Source of the DNA: Pseudobdellovibrionaceae bacterium
GTDB taxonomy: Bacteria > Bdellovibrionota > Bdellovibrionia > Bdellovibrionales > Bdellovibrionaceae
Length of the DNA: 64,000 bases
Reading direction: 5' to 3'
NCBI GenBank assembly: GCA_039810425.1
Contig: JBDHWW010000005.1
Location: 1 to 64,000 of the forward strand
Program-made: the position numbers and the translations under genes
Notes under the pieces: generated by a model
Databases searched by the model: none
What the model was told of the DNA's origin: nothing
What the model saw: only the letters and a program-made list of their open reading frames with translations
Part shown: piece by piece, positions 37,663 through 46,446 of the stretch
Numbering within the stretch: the first letter of the stretch is position 1
How the letters are laid out: each line of letters opens with the position of its first letter

Positions 37663-39175
37663 ATGACCAATTCATGGCCACTTACATCCAGCAGAGCGTT
37701 TAGTTTTACTACGGGAATTTTTGGGGTTTTCCCAGCGGGAAATGGCCAAAGAGTTTCAAGTTTCACCGGGTGCCATTGCGCTTTGGGAAACCGGCTCACG
37801 GGTTATTCCAGGCCCGGTGTTGAAGTTGATGGAGGTTTATGAAAAAGCCCTGCCGACGACGACAAGAAAGAATTCCTCACTCAAAACTGACGGTTTGTTG
37901 GTTGAGTTCAGGGAAGTTTTCAATGCAAAAGGCAACGATGAAGTGCAAGGGGCGTTGGAGCTTATCAAGAACGGTTTAGATAATTTTCTGGATGATTCCT
38001 ATGCCATGAATAGTTTGCGTGGCCGTCTGAAGTTGATTTTAGTAAAGAGACTTTTGAAGTCTTTAAAAAACTCCAAAGGTCTTTCAACGAAAATCGCCCA
38101 ACTGGCGAGCTTTATGGAAATAGGCCTTTCCCCGGAAGTCCGTCGCGCTTTAGGAACCCTACAGTCTCGCAGCCTGCCAAGTAAGTTCAACGAGATTCAA
38201 AGCTTTTTGGAAGAGGAATATGGCAAGCCATTAAAAATGGTATTCTCGCATTTTCAAGAAAAGCCCATTGCGGTGACGAGCTTAGGGCAGGTTCATTATG
38301 CGAAATTGCCTGGAGGCCAGGAAGTGGCCGTTAAAGTCCAACATCCCCGGATTCACAGTATATTGCAGAAACAGTTTCGCAATATGGAACTCTTGAAAAC
38401 CTTGGGAGCTTTTTTAGGAAAGAACGACTACGGGATTATCGAAGAGCTGCGGCGGGCGTTGTTTCAGGAGTGTGATTATCAGCTAGAGGCTTTGAATCAA
38501 GAGAAGTTCCGAAATATTTGGTCTGAGGACCCGAGGATTATTGTTCCTTTTGTATACCGGGATTTAGTCCGAGACCGTGTCATGGTGACAGAGTTCATTC
38601 GGGGTGAAAGTTTTCACAGCTTTTGCGTCCGCGCCAGCCAAAGCCAACGAAACGAGGCGGCCGAAACGCTTTTGGACTGTTTAACCAAAGCGTCCTTTGG
38701 CTACGGCCAAATGTATACAGATCAACATCCGGATAATTTTTTATTCCGTGATGGGAGAGTCGTGATATTGGATTTTGGCCGGGTGGTTGAATATCCCGTG
38801 GACCGTTTGAAAGTCGAGTGTCGGTTCTACCTGCACATGATGAATCAAGAATATGAAAAGTGCCGGGTCCTTGCGGAGACTCTTTTCGCCAAGGACGCAA
38901 ACGATTTTGATTTCGATGCATTTTGGAATTTTCTGCAAAAATCCCATCAGCATTTAATAATCAATGAAAAGTTTAAGTTCTCGCGCCAATATGTGCAGTC
39001 TATCAGCCGGGAAGGGCGGATCTTCTCGAAAAAATACCAGCTCAAGATGACCAAAGAAGCGTTTTGGGCCTATGTTTTCGGTGCGAGCTCTTGGGGGATT
39101 TTGGCAGACCTTGATTCGGACATTAATTGCCGTCAGATTGCTTTAAAGAATGTCTATCTCGGCACTCAGCTTTAA
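37663..39175 (+). pseudogene. XRE-HTH / ABC1(UbiB) kinase fusion, copy 3, apparent +1 frameshift near the 5' end
   Basis: ATG 37663 gives MTNSWPLT; after one extra base (about 37687) the other frame reads PAERLVLLREFLGFSQREMAKEF, collinear with copy 1; TSLGQVH, VAVKVQ, YTDQHPDN, LDFG; long ORF 37721-39175. Confidence 0.7.
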
Positions 39176-39425
39176 TAATTTAAAGCAGGTCCCAAATTAT
39201 AGGGGCCCGCTTTTGAAATTCGATAATTGAGCGATTTTAAAAGTGAAATTTTCGAGCGCTTACACTGTGAGCGAACCTGGAATTGCCTCCCTGTATCATT
39301 GCACAAATTCGAGGCAAACTAGTCTGGTTTGATACAAGTTTTTTTATTTTTCATCGCGGTTTCGTCAAGCCCTCTTACCCTAATGTGAGTGTTTCACACG
39401 TTATTACACGTTGCTGGGGGTATTT

Positions 39426-39827
39426 TTGTATAAGCGGGTTTGTCTGTTGATCTGCCTCGTGATGGGGCTAGGGAGTTTCTTCGCGGTCTCAAATAGTAAG
39501 GCGACGCCCGAGAAGAATGCGAATGTAGCAGTTCCTGGGAAAGCGCCACAAACGACAAAGAATCAGTCGAGGCAGCAGTATCAGCTGATGATGCAAATGC
39601 AACAACAGCAGTATGCGAAAGCTCAATTAATCAGCAAATACGAAGAGCGCCAAAAAATTCAGGACGCTCTAGACTCGGTCTATCAGCGGGTTGAGCAGGC
39701 TAAGACCTTGCATCAAAGCAGCCGTTCAAAAGATGCGGCTCAAGCCGAGCGTATGCTGAAAAAACGGCAAAGCGCGCTGGCTGAGGAAATAAAACGTCTC
39801 GAGTCCCACCTAAAAAATAAATTCTGA
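39426..39827 (+). CDS. Exported Gln-rich coiled-coil protein
   Basis: GGGGG RBS and TTG 39426; hydrophobic N-terminus; helical body. Confidence 0.65.
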   Translation: MYKRVCLLICLVMGLGSFFAVSNSKATPEKNANVAVPGKAPQTTKNQSRQQYQLMMQMQQQQYAKAQLISKYEERQKIQDALDSVYQRVEQAKTLHQSSRSKDAAQAERMLKKRQSALAEEIKRLESHLKNKF

Positions 39828-39871
39828 TCAAGTAAATCAATCGGAAATAATCACGTAACAAGGAGATTTGA

Positions 39872-41827
39872 ATGGGAAATACATGGAAGAGCCTAATTTT
39901 AGGCGCATTATTAACAAGTATGACCGCTTGTAGTGGCGGCAGCTCAGTTAGCGACGGTGCTTCTAACAGTACTGATTTGGTGATCTCGGGTAAGGTTGGG
40001 GCTATGGGAACGATGAGTGTTTCCAACAACGCCTCTGAAGGTGTCGGCAAGTTTGGTACCTACGACAATGTTAAGCTGTACGTTACAGTTTACAATGACC
40101 CACCACAAATCACGGTGGCTAACTTAGGGAGCGACGGCTCTTTCTCTGTCACGCTTCCAAACGCCAGCGGCACTGTCATCGGTGCGCAATTTAAGAACAC
40201 GCTGACCAACGTGGTAAAGCATGTGTACTTCCAAGATTCTAGCAAAAAGGACATGAATTCTTCTGACATGCTAATGGAATCTTATCCACTGAAAGGAAGT
40301 GTTAACTTCGGTACTTTGGATTTGTCCGGAGCAAAACCAGTTATTGACGTTGTTGCTGTCATCCCGGCTGAAAATCGCGCGGATGCTGGTGGCGATGTTG
40401 TTGGTTATGACTTTAGTGGTTCCTTCAAAATGGCTAGCTATAGCATTCCTCAAGCACTCAAAGACCAAGGCTTCATTACAGCTGAAGTGGACAACGGTGG
40501 TAACCATCAATCTTGTGGCGATGAGCCCTGTCTGCCTGTAGACATGCCAATCACTTTGGTGAAGTACTCAGGTAAAGAGTTCACTAAGGGCGCGGGTTGT
40601 ACCGAAAGCGACTGTAAAGCAGATGGTACGGAAGGAACTGTCGGCACGGCAAATAAGTACGGTCTTTCTATCTGGGAAGGTCCGGCATCAGGCGCAGGGA
40701 GCGGTCTTCAAGATTGCGGTTACAATTCAGGCTTCACGGCGGACTCAGCTCGCTTCGGTGCTGGTATTCACATTGCTTCTGCCGCAATCGGTTCTCAAGC
40801 GATGAGTTTGGCTAATTTCACATTCGGTACGCTGGGCGGGACTGAGCCATGGATGAAGACGACCGCGGAGGCTCAATATGATGTCTATGATTGCGCACCA
40901 AAAGCGCACGTGGTCAGCGGGACGACTTATAATCTGCATGTATGTAAAGCTTTGGTGTGGGCGGATAACGGCAACACGCTCGATAAGACCATTTACTATG
41001 CAAATGAACAAAGTGCGGACAACGGTTGCCTGGAAGACGGTACTAACAAGCCTGTGATGGTTTCTGACTGGAGTATTAATCCCGAGAATCCGAGTTGCTG
41101 GAGTGGTACGGAGGTTTTCCCTGGCTTTAAGCGCACCAGCTGTCACTATGTGAACCAAGATCCAGATGGCAGTGGTCCTGTGGCGGCAACATCATTCACT
41201 TGTAAAAGTGGACAAGGAACTTTTGCAGACGCAGCTTTGACGACAGCAGCAGTTCCTGGCATTAACTATTTCACAGATCCGACGACTCGTACAGGTTCAC
41301 CGGCTAAGCTTTTAACTAAAGGCGGTCTTTGCAGCAGTCTTCCGACTGGAACGGATGCTGAGAAGCTCGCTTCCTACCAGTGTTTTGCTCAAAGTTATGA
41401 TCGTAACGACGGCGGTGGCTGTATGCGTGAGTATCGCTTCAACTGGGGGGCTAAAACTTCAGCTGATTTTGTGATGACAGACGGTCGTCCTCGTCCAAGT
41501 TCGAACTTTTTGACAGACATCGTGACTTATTCAGCAGATGGAAACACGTTCTTTGTTAACAACAACGAAAAGGAAACAGTGGGTATTTCTTCCGGCCAAA
41601 ATGGCGGAATGGAATTCTGCGAAATCGAGAGCTCTACGAAACTTGTAGGTAAGAAAATGAGTGATGGCCAGCAATTGGTCACCTTGGTTCAATCTGGAGT
41701 TTTGCTGAGCTCTGACAAGACTGCTTGTGTGGCCGCAGTGAACGGTGCCGATACATGGGAAAATGGCAATCTTTCATACCGTGTAGGCGAAGGCAAAAAA
41801 TTCATGTTCATTTTGAACAAACAATAA
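39872..41827 (+). CDS. Large Cys/Gly/Ser/Thr-rich lipoprotein of unknown function
   Basis: AAGGAG RBS; lipobox MTAC followed by an SGGSS linker; 16 further Cys. Confidence 0.85.
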   Translation: MGNTWKSLILGALLTSMTACSGGSSVSDGASNSTDLVISGKVGAMGTMSVSNNASEGVGKFGTYDNVKLYVTVYNDPPQITVANLGSDGSFSVTLPNASGTVIGAQFKNTLTNVVKHVYFQDSSKKDMNSSDMLMESYPLKGSVNFGTLDLSGAKPVIDVVAVIPAENRADAGGDVVGYDFSGSFKMASYSIPQALKDQGFITAEVDNGGNHQSCGDEPCLPVDMPITLVKYSGKEFTKGAGCTESDCKADGTEGTVGTANKYGLSIWEGPASGAGSGLQDCGYNSGFTADSARFGAGIHIASAAIGSQAMSLANFTFGTLGGTEPWMKTTAEAQYDVYDCAPKAHVVSGTTYNLHVCKALVWADNGNTLDKTIYYANEQSADNGCLEDGTNKPVMVSDWSINPENPSCWSGTEVFPGFKRTSCHYVNQDPDGSGPVAATSFTCKSGQGTFADAALTTAAVPGINYFTDPTTRTGSPAKLLTKGGLCSSLPTGTDAEKLASYQCFAQSYDRNDGGGCMREYRFNWGAKTSADFVMTDGRPRPSSNFLTDIVTYSADGNTFFVNNNEKETVGISSGQNGGMEFCEIESSTKLVGKKMSDGQQLVTLVQSGVLLSSDKTACVAAVNGADTWENGNLSYRVGEGKKFMFILNKQ

Positions 41828-41861
41828 CTCTGACCCTGTTAATGGGTATTGCGGTTCATTG

Positions 41862-41891
41862 GCCCGGGGAGTTCTCTCCTCGGGCTTTTTA
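41862..41891 (+). terminator. Intrinsic terminator
   Basis: GCCCGGGGAG-TTCT-CTCCTCGGGC-TTTTT. Confidence 0.75.
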
Positions 41892-42150
41892 TTTCCCCTA
41901 AACCTCTCCGACACCAGTGAAAAAAAGGCTCTAGGGCCCACTACTTTTTGCACCATGCAGACGAGTCCAAAGTCCTGCTTTATTATTCATTTTATGAAAC
42001 ATATTATGCGTGCTAGCGCAGATTACCCGCGTGAAGTATGCGTTTCTGTTCGACAATCATTATGCATAAGGAATGCTTATGAGTGACCCAAGAAATCATT
42101 AAAAGATAAATAATTTCAAATATTTAGAGTCATTGTGGCTCTGAGGCCGT

Positions 42151-42166
42151 CGGCACTGCTCTTGCA
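42151..42166 (+). promoter_or_regulatory. Sigma-54 promoter upstream of the ECF sigma gene
   Basis: CGGCACTGCTCTTGCA (GG-N10-GC); AT-rich IHF-like tract TTTCAAATATTTA about 25-40 bp upstream. Confidence 0.6.
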
Positions 42167-42238
42167 CAATTACTTAGCAAGGGGTCACAAGGGGGCAAGC
42201 TCCCATTAACCGAAACTCCTAGAAGGTGAGTCTACTAT

Positions 42239-42856
42239 ATGTTGCGAGATCTTATGAAAACAGATCTTGAGCTCGTAGAAGAAGTGAAAGCTGGAAACAG
42301 AAGATCTTTTTCTGAACTTGTAAAGCGACATCAGAAAGGACTTCTGAGGATGAGTCTGAGATTCGTAAAGGATCTCGATACAGCGGAAGACGTAGTGCAG
42401 GAAAGCTTCATCAAGGCATTTGAAAAGCTTCACAGCTTTGAAGGTCGGGCGAGTTTTAAAAGCTGGCTCTTCCAAATCGCGGTGAACAATGCACGAAACA
42501 GAATCCGCGACTCTCGTAAAAACATGATGGACATCGAGAATGTCCAGCTTGCTGTCGGTGCTGAAGCCGAAAGTGGCATGGTTCACGGAGCTGTGGCGGG
42601 TATGCTGCAGGAAGAAGTGGACAAACTCCCCGACAGGCAAAGAACAGCCCTCGTGTTGCGTGTGTACGAGGATCTCAGTTTCAAGGAGATTGCGGAGATC
42701 ATGGGTTGCCCCTATGACACTGCGAAAGCGAACTATCGTCATGCTCTGATGAAACTTCGCGAAGTATTTGATGAACAACAAGACTTGAAGTCCTGGACGG
42801 AGGAGGTCGGGGGCTTCTTGGTCGAAACCAACCAATATGCGGAGGCCGAAGGATGA
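42239..42856 (+). CDS. ECF RNA polymerase sigma factor
   Basis: AEDVVQESFIKA, SFKSWLFQIAVN, LPDRQR, LSFKEIAEIMG. Confidence 0.93.
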   Translation: MLRDLMKTDLELVEEVKAGNRRSFSELVKRHQKGLLRMSLRFVKDLDTAEDVVQESFIKAFEKLHSFEGRASFKSWLFQIAVNNARNRIRDSRKNMMDIENVQLAVGAEAESGMVHGAVAGMLQEEVDKLPDRQRTALVLRVYEDLSFKEIAEIMGCPYDTAKANYRHALMKLREVFDEQQDLKSWTEEVGGFLVETNQYAEAEG

Positions 42857-43065
42857 ACAGAAAGCAACTACTGGGTGGAGTGCTTGAAGAAGTACAACTC
42901 CCAAACAACCAAGCCTATTTCGATCGTTTACATGACAAAATCATGGCCAAAATCGAGGACATTGAAATGGAGGCCCCCGCACGCCCAGCGATGCGAAGCT
43001 TCGAGAAATCGAAAGAATTTCTTCGGGATCACTGGCGAGGGTGGCTTTATTCTCGCGAAACCTAG
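42853..43065 (+). CDS. Small protein coupled to the ECF sigma gene (anti-sigma-like)
   Basis: ATGA overlap; P...YFDRLHDKIMAKI resembles N-termini of genes that follow ECF sigmas. Confidence 0.6.
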   Translation: MNRKQLLGGVLEEVQLPNNQAYFDRLHDKIMAKIEDIEMEAPARPAMRSFEKSKEFLRDHWRGWLYSRET

Positions 43066-43112
43066 TCGTGAGCACAACCGGACTGCTGCTGCCTAAATTC
43101 TAGTTGAAACTG

Positions 43113-43143
43113 AAAAAGCCCGTCCTTGGAGAACGGGCTTTTT
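43113..43143. terminator. Bidirectional terminator
   Basis: AAAAAGCCCGT-N9-ACGGGCTTTTT between convergent genes. Confidence 0.8.
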
Positions 43144-43156
43144 GCTTTTTAATATA

Positions 43157-44200
43157 TTATTCAATCTTTTTCTTGAGAGCTTCGACAGGATCTTTTTCTT
43201 TTTCGAGACTCTTGCATTCTTCGACGAATTTCTTGAAGTCGCCACCGACTTTGTCATAGAGCTTTTCGAAATCCCCAAGATCTTGCATGTAAGTGCGATA
43301 CACAAGCAAGCGGGCATTGTTGAGCTTAATATCCTGGAACTTTTTGTATGTGTCCGCCTTTAGTTGTGGCAAAAGTTCATTTTTGAAATCCTCTTGCAAC
43401 TGCTTGAACTGCGCTTGGCGTTTATCCTCGATCTGTTGGTCTTTCGGCAGATTTTCATACCATGCCTGCAGGGCCTTCAACTTCACGGAAAGCCACGCCG
43501 AAAACAACTTATCATCGCCATTTTCATTTTTTACGGCCGCCAGAGTCGGTGAGTCCGGCCCTTCCAGCTTCAGGTAAAACATCTCAGCGCCCTTGTTGCC
43601 GAGAAAAACGGCCATGCGTTCATTAAAGTCCGCTTCGTGCTTAATATACAAAGTAGCGTGCACGGTTTCGTGGATAATCGTGTTTACAAGATCATAATCT
43701 TTATACTGTAGCATGGATGACAACAAAGGATCTTTAAACCATCCGAGGGTGGAGTAAGCGGAAACCCCGCGCATGTAGGTGTCGAGGTTTTCCTCCTTCA
43801 AGCTTGCTTGTTCTTTTTTGGCGTCTTCTTCGTTAAAGAAACCTTTGTAAGGCATTGATCCCACAATCGGGTAGTGCCACTTGTAGGCCTCTAACTTCCA
43901 TTTTGGCGCGGCACTGACCACATAGGTGACGTAAGGGCGATCGAGTAAAACGAACTTCGTGTAATTCTTTGTCGGCTTCAACGCGAGTTCGGTCTCGGCA
44001 AACTCACGCGCCTTCTGGGCCAGTTGGATTTTACGCTTCTGTTCTGTCGTAAGCTTTGGGTCCTTCAGGGCTTCGTCCAGCGAAACCTGGGAGCTCATCA
44101 TTGAAAATTGATTGTAAGCGGATTTAACAATGTAGTTGATTTGGCAAGAAGACAGGAGAACGGCACTCAACACAGCGGCTGCGGCCCTTAGAACATCCAT
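43157..44200 (-). CDS. Putative aminopeptidase lipoprotein (DUF2265-like)
   Basis: Lipobox LSSC, PYKGFF, AYSTLGWFKDP, IIHETVH, FNE, LNNARL. Confidence 0.85.
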   Translation of the reverse strand: MDVLRAAAAVLSAVLLSSCQINYIVKSAYNQFSMMSSQVSLDEALKDPKLTTEQKRKIQLAQKAREFAETELALKPTKNYTKFVLLDRPYVTYVVSAAPKWKLEAYKWHYPIVGSMPYKGFFNEEDAKKEQASLKEENLDTYMRGVSAYSTLGWFKDPLLSSMLQYKDYDLVNTIIHETVHATLYIKHEADFNERMAVFLGNKGAEMFYLKLEGPDSPTLAAVKNENGDDKLFSAWLSVKLKALQAWYENLPKDQQIEDKRQAQFKQLQEDFKNELLPQLKADTYKKFQDIKLNNARLLVYRTYMQDLGDFEKLYDKVGGDFKKFVEECKSLEKEKDPVEALKKKIE

Positions 44201-44760
44201 GTGATACCCGCAGAGACCGCGTCGTCATTGGTCTTAGCGCCGCCACCAATCGGCGTTTGCCAAATGCTGTAGCTGGCTTTCAAGCCAAAGGTGTCCGTCA
44301 GCGCAATCTTGAGTCCTAAGCCGTAACTTGGCGCCACGGCAACATCGGGCTCAAGCACCTGGGTTGGGAAGGTGCCGTCTTTGATTTCTTGGCGACGTGA
44401 AATCTGCGCGACCCCGCCCTTAATAAAAGGCTGGAACAGAGCTTTCTTATCAGCAAAGACCACGATGAGGTCCGCCCCGGCAATCTGAGTTTTTTGAAAA
44501 ATCGTGCGGGGAGTATCCGCTGCTGAAGCCTGCTGATTCTGAATTCCCGTGGCCTCCGTGTAACTCAATTCAAGCGCGAGTTTTTCTGCGAAATAGAAAG
44601 ACACGGACGCGGTTGTCGTTTCAGAGTCGTAGTTGTTGTTGGCATCGAAATTGGTTTTCTTGCGACCATAGGTAAGACCGATTTCCGTAAACATTGCGTG
44701 TGCGCCCACCGGCAGCAAAAACAACATTAGAATTGGCAGTAATCGCAGGATCTTTTTCAT
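44188..44760 (-). CDS. Outer-membrane beta-barrel protein (OmpA/OmpW-like size)
   Basis: Signal peptide ending AHA, alternating amphipathic strands, terminal Phe. Confidence 0.8.
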   Translation of the reverse strand: MKKILRLLPILMLFLLPVGAHAMFTEIGLTYGRKKTNFDANNNYDSETTTASVSFYFAEKLALELSYTEATGIQNQQASAADTPRTIFQKTQIAGADLIVVFADKKALFQPFIKGGVAQISRRQEIKDGTFPTQVLEPDVAVAPSYGLGLKIALTDTFGLKASYSIWQTPIGGGAKTNDDAVSAGITWMF

Positions 44761-44825
44761 GCTCTCAGGATAACAAAAATCAGAATGAAAAAAGAGCGTA
44801 TTCGCCTCTGGACTGGAGCTAGGTC

Positions 44826-45716
44826 TTACTCGGTTTGGACGACAGCCGAGGGCCTGAAGCTGACATTGAAGCTATACTTGAGATGAATAAAATGATCGTC
44901 CTCGACCATTTCCTGAGGGGGATTGGGAAACATGCCGGCCTCTTTGAAGGCCAAAACGGCGGCTTGGTCAAAACGCGGAATGCCGGATTCTTTCAAAATG
45001 TGCGCCGAGTGGTAGCGGCCATCTTTTGTAAGCCAAATATCAACCGCCGTGATCCAGTTGCGGCGGCCGACAACGCTCAAGACGTAATTGCGGTCCAAGG
45101 TATCGACAACGGCACGAACGCGGCTTTCCCATCGGAAGCGAACAAGCTCTTCGATGCGTGCATAGAAAGAATAATACGTATAGCGATCGGTATTGAGTGC
45201 CGTGAAGCTACCGATCGAAACATCTTGCGGCAGGGCCTCGCCCACCGTGGAAGGAGCTTCTTGCGCGCTTTGCGCATACTCCTTCAGGTTTTTAGCAATG
45301 TCGATTCCCTCAGGATCGTAGTCCTTCGGCTGCTCTTTGCGCGGATCCTTTTGTTGCTTGAGCTTCTTGTCTTTGGACTCTGAAGAATTCTTCTGGCCGG
45401 CGGCGCGGTTTTGAGTCATGCCACTCGCCGCCGCTTGCATCTCTTTGCGGACGCGCTGTTTATCTGCGGAAAGAAAACGCGCAAGATCCGTGTCGTCTTC
45501 TTTCAGCTCCTTTTTCGGAGCTAAGGCTTGGCGAACGATCTGGCGGTCATTTTTCTTTTCAGCTTTCTGTTGCGCGGTGGTTTTGGGCGTTTCGACCAAT
45601 TCGATCGTGGTAATATCAATCGGTTTTGGCTCAAAATAAGGCGCCCCCTTATCCAAGACAAGGGCCAAGAGGGAATGGACGATCAAGCTGAGGATCAAAG
45701 CGCGCAAAATGCTCAT
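44826..45716 (-). CDS. TonB/TolA-family energy transducer
   Basis: TM helix with SLIVH (SxxxH), C-terminal ESG...FDQAAVLAF...FPNPP. Confidence 0.82.
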   Translation of the reverse strand: MSILRALILSLIVHSLLALVLDKGAPYFEPKPIDITTIELVETPKTTAQQKAEKKNDRQIVRQALAPKKELKEDDTDLARFLSADKQRVRKEMQAAASGMTQNRAAGQKNSSESKDKKLKQQKDPRKEQPKDYDPEGIDIAKNLKEYAQSAQEAPSTVGEALPQDVSIGSFTALNTDRYTYYSFYARIEELVRFRWESRVRAVVDTLDRNYVLSVVGRRNWITAVDIWLTKDGRYHSAHILKESGIPRFDQAAVLAFKEAGMFPNPPQEMVEDDHFIHLKYSFNVSFRPSAVVQTE

Positions 45717-45764
45717 CTTGTCTCACTATAGAACGATCCTGGACTAAAATCCAAGTCTGACGGC

Positions 45765-45791
45765 TAAAGTTGAAACGATTTCTGCCGAAAA
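45765..45791 (+). promoter_or_regulatory. Sigma-28 (FliA) promoter
   Basis: TAAA-N15-GCCGAAAA, 24 bp upstream of ATG 45816. Confidence 0.7.
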
Positions 45792-45815
45792 GTGATTGTT
45801 GCTATCGGGGGTAAA

Positions 45816-46322
45816 ATGGCAAAGGTCATTGATATCACAAGTCGTGTAAAGTCTCAGAACTCTTCGGAAAAACTGAAACAACCCGCCGCTCCTGTATTGG
45901 ATATGACGGTGGCGCGTGAAGAAATGCTCAACAAGGATCGTCGTGAAGTCAAAAGAACGATCCTGACCGAGTTTGTCGGCGCTTATGTGGTCCTGCCTGA
46001 GAAGGGTCTCATGAAAGTGACTCTGTATGATATCTCAGAAAATGGAATCGCTTTTGATCTCGGGCTTCAGGAGGGCATGTTTCTCGAAGGCGAAGAGATC
46101 GCTTTCCGCGTTTACCTGAATCATACGACATACTTTCCGTTCACGGTTTCTGTGCTGAACTCCCGCCGCCTGGATGACGAAGCCGTGATCCGTCACGGGG
46201 CTCAGTTTGTAAAAGGCACGGTGAACGATGTTGCGCTTCATCATTTTGTTAAGTTCATCGAGAATGTGAGCGCAGGTCTTCGCAAAGACGATGGTGATAT
46301 CCTCGTTTCAAATATCTCGTAA
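45816..46322 (+). CDS. PilZ-domain protein
   Basis: RREVKR (RxxxR) and DISENG (DxSxxG), then a beta-barrel ending HGAQF. Confidence 0.8.
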   Translation: MAKVIDITSRVKSQNSSEKLKQPAAPVLDMTVAREEMLNKDRREVKRTILTEFVGAYVVLPEKGLMKVTLYDISENGIAFDLGLQEGMFLEGEEIAFRVYLNHTTYFPFTVSVLNSRRLDDEAVIRHGAQFVKGTVNDVALHHFVKFIENVSAGLRKDDGDILVSNIS

Positions 46323-46446
46323 ATTTTCCGGTTTTGTTTTAACCGATAATCTTGAAACCTTTTCGTGGACATTGGCCAGGCCTTATTGTCGAATAGACTT
46401 AAGGCCTGATTCATTTTCGAAGCAAGCCATCCACGGAGGGTAAAAG

